Shown here one piece after another: positions 47,202 through 55,605 of a stretch of 64,000 bases of DNA. Position 1 is the first letter of the stretch; each line of letters starts with the position of its first letter. The translations under genes were made by a program, and so were the position numbers. The stretch is from an archaeon (GTDB lineage: Archaea > Aenigmatarchaeota > Aenigmatarchaeia > GW2011-AR5), in the NCBI GenBank assembly GCA_028279825.1, contig JANQNA010000007.1, positions 89,409 to 153,408 on the forward strand, read 5' to 3'. Below the pieces are notes generated by a model. It searched no databases and was not told the DNA's origin. It was given only the letters and a program-made list of their open reading frames with translations.

Positions 47202-49967
47202 CTACTTCCAGTATATCTTAGTGCGGGCGAATTGTTTTTCTGCTGCTAGAATGTCTTTGTAGAACTTGTCCTTGTTTGTGTGCATCATTGCCAAAACTCT
47301 TGCAGCTGTCTGCGGTCCGATACCATGGCCGGCTAATACCTCTGCGGCCTTGCGTCCATATACCATAACTAAATCTGCAGATCTTCTTACAGTCTGCAGC
47401 TTTTGCTGTTCTTCCTTTGTGAGAGGCTTTTTCTTTATTCTTTTTCTGACTACTTCGGCTGCAGCTATCTGGCGTTTATGTAATACTGCTATTAGTCTTG
47501 AAGTACACTTTGGACACTCAGGCTGCTCGTCAATTTCCTTTACCGTCTGTACTATGTTCCATTCACCGCAATTCGTACAAAGCAGTCTTACTCTTGTGTT
47601 CTTCAGACGCTTCTTGAAAGCCTGGAGGATTTCCTTTTCAGGCATCCTGGGTTTCATGACTTCCGAGAACTGATGCGTAAGACCAAGTTCACCTAAATAG
47701 CTGAGACCTTTCTGGGATTTTATTTTTATTTCGTTATTACGTATTTTTTCCAAACATGCTTTGGCGTTAACAATATCCATTTTTTCCAGGAATGTCTCCC
47801 TTAACGCTTCGTTGTATACAGGAGTTTTTTCATAACTGGTCACGATCTTGTTCAGGTTTATCTTGTCAAACTTGGCACCCTTCGATATTATCCCGAATCT
47901 TCTTGCCACATGCAGGAATCTCCACTTGAACATTGAGGAGCGTTCTATTGACTCTGTCAGAAGTTTTTCCATTTCATCTTCACGTTCCAGAATTTTCTGG
48001 ACTTGATCTGAAGAAGCCACAGTCTGGAGAATAATTCTGTAGGGGTCGTTTTTCATGTTGACTGCCACACCTGTCTCTGCCGTGAGCACGGAAGAAATGT
48101 ATCTTCCTACTGTATCGTTTACCAAAGAACCGAAACATGTGTGCAGTATTATGAAATCCTTATAGGTTTCTATGAGAATGTTCTTGTCATCTGGCACAGG
48201 AAATGGTTTATGTTTTTTTATTATGTCAACCAGTTCTCTTGCTGATTCAGCGTCAACATTATACTTTTCCTTTATCTTTTCCACGTCTTCTTTGGCTGCA
48301 AGACGGCGTAGCCGTCCAACTTCCTGGGCTACTTCATATGACACAGGAATCAATTCACCTTCCCAGGAAGGTATAGCAGATTCAATATCATCAACAGGCT
48401 CGACGATTACTTTCGGTCCGTCCACCTGGATGATCTTCCAGGCACGTCCTGCGCAGACAAATGTGTTTCCTGACTGGCCGTGCTCTGCTATGAAACCTTC
48501 ATCCAGCACGCCAATAGGCTCGTTTTCTATAACTGATATTACTCTGTACTTAACGGACGTTGGTATAGTTGAGAGATTTTCGAAATAAGTCGTCCAGGTT
48601 TTTCTGCGACGCTTGAGGATTTTGTTGTCTTCCGTCCAGAGAAGTCTTGTTTCAGCCATGAACTTTACAAGATTATCAATATCCTTTTTCCTGATGTCTC
48701 TATACATGTAGGATTTTTTTACAGTCTCGTAAACTTTTTCTATAGGCAGTTCATATTCATCCAGCAGCAAACCCATTATCTGCCCGGCCAATACGTCTAA
48801 AGCCATGTCATGCGTCTTTATTTCTTCCAACTGTTTTCTTGCTGCGCGTGCTGCGACAACAGCTGATTCAAACACATCCTCATCACCTGAAATTACAACA
48901 CCTTTGCTTGTCTGACCAACTTTATGACCTGCTCTTCCTACTCTCTGTATGAGACGCGTGGCCTGTCTTGGCGAAAGGTACTGGATAACCAGATCGATAG
49001 AACCTATGTCTATACCGAGCTCCAAGGAACTTGTTGCTATCAAAGATTTTAGCTCCTGCTGCTTGAAGGCAGATTCACTTTTTATCCGGCCTTCCTTAGA
49101 GAGAGATCCATGATGTACGGCATGCTTGAGTTCTTTGTCCAAGCGGGTTAATCTTGAAGATAGAACTTCTGCCGTTTCTCTTGTGTTTGTAAAAGCTATT
49201 ACACTTTTGTGTGACTGGATTAAATCGTAAAGACGTCTTAGTCTTGTGGTTGTGGAGACGCCTATAGCTAAGTCATCTGCTAAAAGATGGTCCTGCGTGT
49301 TTGGTTTTGGTGTTTCCACCTTGATGTTATATGTTTTTGCCGCTTCTGCACGTATTATTTTCACATCTTTGCCGAGAAAATCGGCAACTATTTGCGGTGA
49401 GCCGACAGTGGCTGAGAGGCCTATGCGCTGGAAGTCGCCTGCCAGGTGACGCAATCTTTCTAAGCCCAAGGACAGTTGTGCTCCACGTTTACTTTCTATC
49501 AACTCATGAATTTCGTCAACTATTACGTACTTTACATTTTTTAGATGCTCACGGAATATTTTTCCTGTTAAAATTGCCTGGAGTGTTTCAGGTGTTGTTA
49601 TCAGACATTCAGGCGGAACTTCTCTCTGTGCCGCACGTTCTTTCTGGGATGTGTCACCGTGACGGACGGCAACTTCCAGGTCAAGCTTGTCACCCCACCA
49701 GTATAGCCTGTCAAGCAGATCACGGTTCAAAGATTTTAGAGGTGTTATGTACAGAAGTGAGATTGGTTTTGCCTTTTCCAAGTGGATTTTATCAAATAAC
49801 GGCAGCATGGCTGTTTCTGTTTTTCCTATCCCGGTGGCTGCTATGACCAGGATGTCTTTACCGGCCAGTATTTCAGGAATGCCCATTTTCTGCGGCAGCG
49901 TCGGCTCAAGAAATCCCTTCTTTTCTATGATTTTCTGGAGTTTTTCCGAAAACGATTTGAATACCAT
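47202..49967 (-). CDS. lhr: Lhr-type large superfamily 2 helicase
   Basis: 921 aa. ATGIGKT (Walker A), VDEIHE (DExH), SATV, and a long C-terminal extension with Cys pairs (CTNCGE…CPKC). Confidence 0.9.
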   Translation of the reverse strand: MVFKSFSEKLQKIIEKKGFLEPTLPQKMGIPEILAGKDILVIAATGIGKTETAMLPLFDKIHLEKAKPISLLYITPLKSLNRDLLDRLYWWGDKLDLEVAVRHGDTSQKERAAQREVPPECLITTPETLQAILTGKIFREHLKNVKYVIVDEIHELIESKRGAQLSLGLERLRHLAGDFQRIGLSATVGSPQIVADFLGKDVKIIRAEAAKTYNIKVETPKPNTQDHLLADDLAIGVSTTTRLRRLYDLIQSHKSVIAFTNTRETAEVLSSRLTRLDKELKHAVHHGSLSKEGRIKSESAFKQQELKSLIATSSLELGIDIGSIDLVIQYLSPRQATRLIQRVGRAGHKVGQTSKGVVISGDEDVFESAVVAARAARKQLEEIKTHDMALDVLAGQIMGLLLDEYELPIEKVYETVKKSYMYRDIRKKDIDNLVKFMAETRLLWTEDNKILKRRRKTWTTYFENLSTIPTSVKYRVISVIENEPIGVLDEGFIAEHGQSGNTFVCAGRAWKIIQVDGPKVIVEPVDDIESAIPSWEGELIPVSYEVAQEVGRLRRLAAKEDVEKIKEKYNVDAESARELVDIIKKHKPFPVPDDKNILIETYKDFIILHTCFGSLVNDTVGRYISSVLTAETGVAVNMKNDPYRIILQTVASSDQVQKILEREDEMEKLLTESIERSSMFKWRFLHVARRFGIISKGAKFDKINLNKIVTSYEKTPVYNEALRETFLEKMDIVNAKACLEKIRNNEIKIKSQKGLSYLGELGLTHQFSEVMKPRMPEKEILQAFKKRLKNTRVRLLCTNCGEWNIVQTVKEIDEQPECPKCTSRLIAVLHKRQIAAAEVVRKRIKKKPLTKEEQQKLQTVRRSADLVMVYGRKAAEVLAGHGIGPQTAARVLAMMHTNKDKFYKDILAAEKQFARTKIYWK

Positions 49968-50642
49968 TTATACCAAATCCTTTGCACGGCCCAGGTCTGT
50001 GCCGTTTAATAAATACACTCTCGGGTTCTTTAGCTTTGAGGCTATGGGACCCTGGAATTTGCACTTGTTAACTTCATAATTACCTGACAGTTCGTTGAAT
50101 GCAGGCATTATGACTACGGTTTTTTCACCGGCCTTTCCGCGTACCCACACAGGTTCTTTGTAAATAGCTCCTACATCATCCTGAAAACGTACAACAAGAT
50201 GGTTGTGTCCGACGACAATTATTTTCTTTTTGGTGTTTACCCTTCTGTGGCCGTGTGTAAAGAGGTAATCTCCTACGGGCATTGACTTTCTTACGGAAGC
50301 ACCTTTAGCGAGTTTCTCTATGTTGCCGTCATGGTTGCCCTTGATGATGATTATTTTCTCGAACTTTAGAAGTTTCAGGAATTCCGGAATTTCACGCAAC
50401 TCCTGCTTGCTTATACCGGTTGTTTTATGTTTCAAATCACCGTTGATTATCAGGTATTTTGTTCTTGTTATACGCTTCAATTTGTTAAGCCTTTTGGCCA
50501 TTGTCTTTACCTGGCTGGGCAGAGAAAACCCGCTCTGCCAGAGGTCTTTCGTGATACCTATATGTACGTCTGCTACGATCAGATATTTGTCCACTTTCAT
50601 TGCAGCTTCGTTCTTGACGAACATAGAAGTAATATTTGTCAT
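49968..50642 (-). CDS. metallophosphoesterase (SbcD/Mre11-related, MPE-like)
   Basis: 224 aa. VADVHIG, INGDLKH, GNHDG, THGH and GHNH. Its stop codon abuts the lhr start codon. Confidence 0.8.
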   Translation of the reverse strand: MTNITSMFVKNEAAMKVDKYLIVADVHIGITKDLWQSGFSLPSQVKTMAKRLNKLKRITRTKYLIINGDLKHKTTGISKQELREIPEFLKLLKFEKIIIIKGNHDGNIEKLAKGASVRKSMPVGDYLFTHGHRRVNTKKKIIVVGHNHLVVRFQDDVGAIYKEPVWVRGKAGEKTVVIMPAFNELSGNYEVNKCKFQGPIASKLKNPRVYLLNGTDLGRAKDLV

Positions 50643-50658
50643 ATTACTTTCAAAAGCC

Positions 50659-52476
50659 TTAAAACAGATCTGTTAAAGACAAGATTTTCAGGAAGTTGAT
50701 GTACGGCCGGAGGTCCTGTTTTTTGACGGCAAAGCCTGTTATTGTTGTACCATCAGTATTTTCACTTTCCCCTACGCTTATCACTGTCTGCTCTACGGAC
50801 AAAACTTTGGAATCTTTCAGAAGAACCAGATAAAAGGTTCCAGATGAAACAAGGGTGTGCTGTTTTGTGCGCGTATTTGTGTCAGGTCCTAGGATGAGGA
50901 TTTCACAATCATCACAATTTGTCGATACTGTTCCCCCCTCAACGTTTATCTTTGGCTTGTCACCGGCGACATTTATTGTTCTTGTTATTTCATACTCCTT
51001 GTCGCCGTTTATTTTTACTCTTAGTGTATAATCACCCGCTTCAGTGCCCAGTTCAATCTTGTTTTTCAGAACAAGTTCCATCTTATTGTTGTTAATTACT
51101 ATTTCCTTCTTGTTTGCATTCCACGTTCCTTTCCAGGTTGAACCGTCAAAGCCAAGGGAAACGGGATTTACACCCTTGTATACGTAAGAATAAACTTCAA
51201 GATCCTTCTTATCGGGTGACGTTATCTCAACAACCACCTCAAATTCATCGTCAACGAAGACACTTTCCGGATATGACTTGATTTCGTATTTTTCAACTAG
51301 ATCACTCGTTGCCGGCGGAACGTATGTAGAACCACCTCCGCCTCCACTGGAGCCGGAAGATACAACCTGTACCTGGCAGTAGGTAGAAGACAGACCGCTG
51401 ACAGTTATACTGGCCGTGCTGTTCTTGTCAAGACCTTCGGCAAGTATTGTGTAAACACCGTTACCATGGGCGCCGTCACAGTTGGGTTTCAGCCTTACAG
51501 GTAGTGTGACTGTATGTGTTGAGTTTTTCGGGGTTGCATGGTAAGTTGTGGTGTCACTTATGCCCGGTATTGATACGTATACGGCATACTTGGCCGTTGC
51601 GTTTCTGTAAATATCAAGAGTAACGTCAAAATCATCGCCAAAAACTACGGACGACTTGTCTACGTTCGTTATTGTTATGTATGACTCTTCGCTTGGAAGT
51701 TCAATTTCTGATACATTGATATTGCCGCAGACTGCGTTATTTGTTGTGTTTGATTCATTTCTAAATAACTCACCGCATACTTCATATGAGCCGGTCTCAT
51801 TATGCGTCCAGTTGCCACCATAAGCCGTACAATTTGTTTCTACGGTGAACGTATTGGTTACGTTGAGAATTGTGTAATTTACTGTTATGTCTTCAGCAGT
51901 ACAGTTTTCTATGCTTATCTGGAAAAGGTTTGATACTGTTTCATTGACAGCGACCGAAAGATTGAACAGTGCCAGGGAAGCGTCTGTCGTGACTGTGTAC
52001 TGCCGGTTGACCTGGCCGGGTGTCGGTTCACATTCCGTCCAGTTGCCGAGTAAGCAGGCTGTTTTGCCTTCCGTTACATCCGGATACGTTATGTTGTCGA
52101 AAATTGTGTTGTTCTTGAGAATTACCGTTTCTTCTGAATTTGGAAGGACCATCCCGGAGACATTTATGACTGTTTCATTGTATCCCGGATAATCATTGAG
52201 AAACGTTATCGGATCCTGTGCTATTACTGCGTATGCTCCCGGAATCAGTATCATGCTGCTTTGACTTACATTTTCCAGGGATAAGCCATGATCAACACCC
52301 CCCGTGTTGAGTTTCCAGTCTGTGAGGTTGTAGGTTACGTTTTCATTGTTGTAAATTTCAACCCATTCGTGACCTGTGTCAGATCCCTGAAAATCAAACA
52401 TAATTTCACTGATTACTACAGCATGTGAAATAGAAGAAAGCAGTAATACCACTGCAAATACATACTCCAAACGCAT
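50659..52476 (-). CDS. secreted surface protein with N-terminal lamin-tail-domain-like segment, heavily sequon-rich
   Basis: 605 aa. Signal peptide MRLEYVFAVVLLLSSISHA. LTD-like ISEIMFDFQGSDTGHEWVEIYNN. About 22 N-x-S/T sequons in residues ~45-355. SSGSSGGGGGS linker, then a sequon-free C-terminal domain. Confidence 0.75.
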   Translation of the reverse strand: MRLEYVFAVVLLLSSISHAVVISEIMFDFQGSDTGHEWVEIYNNENVTYNLTDWKLNTGGVDHGLSLENVSQSSMILIPGAYAVIAQDPITFLNDYPGYNETVINVSGMVLPNSEETVILKNNTIFDNITYPDVTEGKTACLLGNWTECEPTPGQVNRQYTVTTDASLALFNLSVAVNETVSNLFQISIENCTAEDITVNYTILNVTNTFTVETNCTAYGGNWTHNETGSYEVCGELFRNESNTTNNAVCGNINVSEIELPSEESYITITNVDKSSVVFGDDFDVTLDIYRNATAKYAVYVSIPGISDTTTYHATPKNSTHTVTLPVRLKPNCDGAHGNGVYTILAEGLDKNSTASITVSGLSSTYCQVQVVSSGSSGGGGGSTYVPPATSDLVEKYEIKSYPESVFVDDEFEVVVEITSPDKKDLEVYSYVYKGVNPVSLGFDGSTWKGTWNANKKEIVINNNKMELVLKNKIELGTEAGDYTLRVKINGDKEYEITRTINVAGDKPKINVEGGTVSTNCDDCEILILGPDTNTRTKQHTLVSSGTFYLVLLKDSKVLSVEQTVISVGESENTDGTTITGFAVKKQDLRPYINFLKILSLTDLF

Positions 52477-52507
52477 TCTAGAATCTTAACTAAAAGAAAT
52501 AAAAGGG

Positions 52508-52939
52508 TTAGCAGTCCCTTGAATCCTTGTTTCCAGGGCCGCTTATCTGTATTTCTGAATCACCGCTACAGCCGATTGTCGTTGTGTTGCATGATTTTAC
52601 AACGCCGGGTGCCCATGATCCTGCCTGCGCGCCGCCTGCTCCCCACTCGCACGTAACGGGTGTATTGTTTACATAGACTGTCAGCACAGACGTGTCTGCT
52701 ACTACAGAACCGATATGGCGGATGTAGATAACTGCTTCTCCCTGCCCGCCTGATATAGGATCAATGTTGTCTATCGAGAATTTCTGTCTTTGCCTGTTCA
52801 TCTGTGTTTCAAGATCAGATTCAACACCACTTGTTGTTTCCTCAAGAGATCTCTGCAGGAATACAAAGGCGAAGCCTGCCATGGAGATTGTAATAAGTAA
52901 CAGTAATATTATAGCTATAACAGGAGTAATACCCTTCAT
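52508..52939 (-). CDS. archaeal type IV pilin-like protein (class III signal peptide)
   Basis: 143 aa from ATG 52939. MKGITPVIAIILLLLITISMAGFAFVFL is the KG/xxPVIA prepilin-type N-terminus. The longer track ORF (to 53023) runs through the promoter. Confidence 0.7.
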   Translation of the reverse strand: MKGITPVIAIILLLLITISMAGFAFVFLQRSLEETTSGVESDLETQMNRQRQKFSIDNIDPISGGQGEAVIYIRHIGSVVADTSVLTVYVNNTPVTCEWGAGGAQAGSWAPGVVKSCNTTTIGCSGDSEIQISGPGNKDSRDC

Positions 52940-52970
52940 ATAATCACTGTAAATCCTTTCGTTTATGGGG

Positions 52971-52978
52971 TATATAAA
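52971..52978 (-). promoter_or_regulatory. TATA box of the pilin gene
   Basis: The minus strand reads TTTATATA about 32-39 nt upstream of ATG 52939. Confidence 0.4.
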
Positions 52979-53090
52979 GAATGTGGTAATCTGGACTTTG
53001 CACAATAACTTCATATCTAACAAAAAGTACGATTCTTAAATATATATCTGATATCTTCTACGCCGATGTATATGAAGACGAAGTCATCAG

Positions 53091-53447
53091 TTAATCTATG
53101 TACTTGCCTGTCAAGAATACAATCACCAGAAACAATAACATATACCAGATGGCCCTTATTTTGATGGTATCATGATAAAACAGTGTTTCCTGTCTAGCAT
53201 ATTCTTCTAGTAATGCATTTGTCTTGCTGCTGTAATTGGCACAAACAACTTCTCCGCTATTCCAGTTAACATCGTACTTTATCGTTGTACCGTTATACAT
53301 GTTACAGAGTGCAAAGTGAGCACCCTCATGCCATTCTACAGCCAACATAGAATGTCCAAACATTAACAGTAACCACACTACAGGCACTATAATCAGAGCA
53401 AGAAATATCCTGTGTTTGTTTTTTGAAACCTTTGTACCTGACATCAT
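53091..53447 (-). CDS. small two-TM protein with HExxH motif
   Basis: 118 aa. TM helices at both ends. EWHEGAHF contains H-E-x-x-H. Lies inside the IS-bounded segment. Confidence 0.45.
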   Translation of the reverse strand: MMSGTKVSKNKHRIFLALIIVPVVWLLLMFGHSMLAVEWHEGAHFALCNMYNGTTIKYDVNWNSGEVVCANYSSKTNALLEEYARQETLFYHDTIKIRAIWYMLLFLVIVFLTGKYID

Positions 53448-53452
53448 CTAAC

Positions 53453-53469
53453 TACGTGTATTACACGTA
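53453..53469. promoter_or_regulatory. perfect 17-bp palindrome between divergent passenger genes
   Basis: TACGTGTA-T-TACACGTA. It lies 6 nt upstream of the 53447 start and 65 nt upstream of the AbrB-like ORF. Confidence 0.35.
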
Positions 53470-53534
53470 TTTATTGTTGATTTTAATTGTAAGCCAGCCG
53501 TAATTTATACGTGGAGTAAACGTAGTGGTGGAGA

Positions 53535-53708
53535 ATGAAAATAGACAAGTACGAGATCAGAAAGGTTGTCAAGTGGGGCCAGGGAAAAGTGGTCTTCCTT
53601 ACCAAGGAAATCACCGAATGTATGATGAAAGAACACGTTATAGTTACAGTTGAGAAAGAAAAAGGCGAAAAAGTAATCAAGATCAGGAACTTTCAGTTAA
53701 AGGGTTAG
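53535..53708 (+). CDS. AbrB/SpoVT-like small DNA-binding protein (not in ORF track, 57 aa)
   Basis: MKIDKYEIRKVVKWGQGKVVFLTKEITECMM… fits the swapped-hairpin pattern (r.v.k.G.g..v.l.ke). GGTGGAG lies just upstream of the ATG. The antisense track ORF 53483-53680 is low-complexity. Confidence 0.5.
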   Translation: MKIDKYEIRKVVKWGQGKVVFLTKEITECMMKEHVIVTVEKEKGEKVIKIRNFQLKG

Positions 53709-53717
53709 AGCTCAATC

Positions 53718-53945
53718 TTAGCTGTATACACCCTCTTCTATTTCCTTCTTTGATTCTGACAGTTTCTTGATACCCTGTATGCTTTTTTTCATCTCGTCTG
53801 TAGAAAGGAAATAGTCATTGCAGGTGGAACAAAATTTTGGATTCGTAGTTTTAACTATAGCTATGTCTGGGTTGCCTATTTGAGCACACAACTTTTTTGT
53901 TCCTTCCTTCGATTCCAAGGCCTTCGAGCAGTTCGGACATTTCAT
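53718..53945 (-). CDS. zinc-ribbon protein (MKCPxC…CxxC, YgiT/MqsA-like finger pattern)
   Basis: 75 aa from ATG 53945. MKCPNCSKAL…FCSTCNDYF. Confidence 0.45.
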   Translation of the reverse strand: MKCPNCSKALESKEGTKKLCAQIGNPDIAIVKTTNPKFCSTCNDYFLSTDEMKKSIQGIKKLSESKKEIEEGVYS

Positions 53946-53986
53946 GATAAACACATCTCATACGTAGTAATTAATCTATATATAGC

Positions 53987-54367
53987 TTAACTACTCTTTA
54001 AAGTTTTCTGCAGTTTTTTCTGTTCTTTGTGGGTTGCTATGTCCATACGACCCACGGATATCACCTGTTCCAGCAGATCCACACAAACAGCAATTTTCAA
54101 GGTGCTGTCGATTAGATCGGAGAAAAATATAACACTGTATGAATACTCATCCCCACCGAATTTGTTGATCTCCAAGTTCCATTTGATAACACAGTTATCT
54201 AGTTGCTTGATCTTTTCCTCACAGTCATCAAAGAAGTTGTCTATCTTTTCGTCAGTTTCACACTTTGCTATTATCTTTTCGGCTTGATTGATTATACCCT
54301 GGTTCCAGATGAAACTACATTTTGGAAGTATTTCCTTCAAAAGTTTGACGTCTCCAGTATCACTCAT
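53987..54367 (-). CDS. hypothetical protein
   Basis: 126-aa acidic ORF. No motif recognised. Confidence 0.5.
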   Translation of the reverse strand: MSDTGDVKLLKEILPKCSFIWNQGIINQAEKIIAKCETDEKIDNFFDDCEEKIKQLDNCVIKWNLEINKFGGDEYSYSVIFFSDLIDSTLKIAVCVDLLEQVISVGRMDIATHKEQKKLQKTLKSS

Positions 54368-54398
54368 TAAACCATAGACTTACTGAATTTATTTAATG

Positions 54399-54536
54399 TT
54401 ATTCTTTGAATATCCTGGTTAGTTTGTCGTATACTTCGTTCAAACTTGCGCCGTAAACGGTCAAACTCTTACTTTTGTTGTTCTCGCGGTCACGAATCGT
54501 AACAGTTATCCCCATAGGCCTGTTAATTGTTACCAT
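54399..54536 (-). CDS. small hypothetical protein
   Basis: 45 aa from ATG 54536. The longer track version overlaps the transposase 5' region. Confidence 0.3.
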   Translation of the reverse strand: MVTINRPMGITVTIRDRENNKSKSLTVYGASLNEVYDKLTRIFKE

Positions 54537-54588
54537 AATAATTACATTTAATGTTAACTTTAAATAGACTTTGTATAAGTTACACGCC

Positions 54589-55554
54589 ATGTTAACACAG
54601 ACTGTAACAAGAAACTGGAAGATGTACAATCACGCCCAAACGGAAGAAAAACTCCTTGCTATGAGACTAATCAGCCACGCTATAGATTACATGGAATTCC
54701 CTTACGAGTACAAGGGAACAGGCAGGCCTTCAATCTACGTGACAGACATGATAAAATGCTGTATATTCAAGGTGTTTAATAACTTCTCATCGAGGAGAAC
54801 AATTTGTGATATCAAGTTGGCTCACGCTTTAGGGTATATAGATCATGTTCCTCACTTCAACACGGTAAACAACTACATGTCAAAAGAGGTTATAACTCCC
54901 CTCCTCCACAGGGTTTACAAAATTCTAGCTCTCCCTTTTGGTGATGTAGAGACCACGTTTGCTATCGATGCTTCGGGATTTTCTAACCTGCGCAAAAACA
55001 ACTGGATAGATTACAGAACCCAGAAAAAACGTATAGCTGGTTGGAAGAAACTCCACATCGTAACTGGGGTTAACACTACCATCATAGCCTCAGCAACTGT
55101 TAGTGAAGGAAAAAGAAACGACACTCTGTACTTTGATTCTCTAATCAGACAAACTGCAAAAGAATTCAGAGTGTTGGAAGTGTTAGCTGACCCTGCCTAT
55201 CTATCCCGTAACAACTGCAACACAGTTGAGGATGTAGGAGGGCGGCCTTTTATTCTTCCAAAATCCAATATCAGGTTAAGGTCTCTTCAAGCTTACAGTA
55301 GAGCACGGGCATGGAAAAAGATGATAAAAGTCTGGCGTGATAACCAACAGTTCTTCCTGGAAAAATACCACAAAAGAAGCAATGTAGAGTCCGCTTTCAG
55401 TTCCATGAAAAGGAAATTTTTACCTTACACTCGCAGCAAAAACGACACAGCCCAAACAAACGAGATCCTCATGAAGGTCATCTGTCATAACGCATCCATT
55501 CTTTGTAACGCTTTTTTCGAGCTCGGGATTAAATTCGAGCTAAAAAAGGTCTAG
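54589..55554 (+). CDS. DDE transposase, IS4 family signature
   Basis: D (FAIDASGFS), D (VLADPAYLS), and an exact Y-x2-R-x3-E-x6-K in KYHKRSNVESAFSSMK. The track start is TTG 54571, with ATG options at 54589 and 54622. The stop codon lies within the right terminal repeat. Confidence 0.85.
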   Translation: MLTQTVTRNWKMYNHAQTEEKLLAMRLISHAIDYMEFPYEYKGTGRPSIYVTDMIKCCIFKVFNNFSSRRTICDIKLAHALGYIDHVPHFNTVNNYMSKEVITPLLHRVYKILALPFGDVETTFAIDASGFSNLRKNNWIDYRTQKKRIAGWKKLHIVTGVNTTIIASATVSEGKRNDTLYFDSLIRQTAKEFRVLEVLADPAYLSRNNCNTVEDVGGRPFILPKSNIRLRSLQAYSRARAWKKMIKVWRDNQQFFLEKYHKRSNVESAFSSMKRKFLPYTRSKNDTAQTNEILMKVICHNASILCNAFFELGIKFELKKV

Positions 55555-55605
55555 TTTTTGTGCAAAGCCGGTAATCTGGAGGAATTATAAAATCTTTTCC
55601 TATAT

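Larger units (their letters stand above)
52996..55569 (+). mobile_element. IS4-family-type insertion element carrying passenger ORFs (about 2.57 kb)
   Basis: Left end is CTTTGCACAATAACT (52996-53010). The reverse complement of the right end (55553-55567) is CTTTGCACAAAAACT, a 14/15 match. A perfect 11-bp direct repeat GGTAATCTGGA flanks both ends (52985-52995 and 55570-55580). DDE transposase lies at the right end. Confidence 0.6.

Noticed and set aside
49331-50079. Plus-strand ORFs 49331-49846 and 49687-50079
   Set aside because: They are antisense to lhr and the MPE-like gene, which carry clear helicase and phosphoesterase motifs.
52940-53023. N-terminal extension of the pilin ORF
   Set aside because: It runs through the TATA box, the 11-bp target duplication and the IS left end. 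The class III signal peptide must be at the extreme N-terminus, which fits ATG 52939.
53483-53680. 65-aa minus-strand ORF from the track
   Set aside because: It is antisense to the better-supported AbrB-like 57-aa ORF. Its product is a hydrophobic low-complexity string with no plausible start context.
54569-55567. Minimal ~1-kb IS bounded by CTTTGTATAA (54569) and the right end
   Set aside because: Kept only as an alternative. The inner end matches the right end at just 8/10 and has no flanking direct repeat. The distal end at 52996 matches 14/15 and has a perfect 11-bp duplication.
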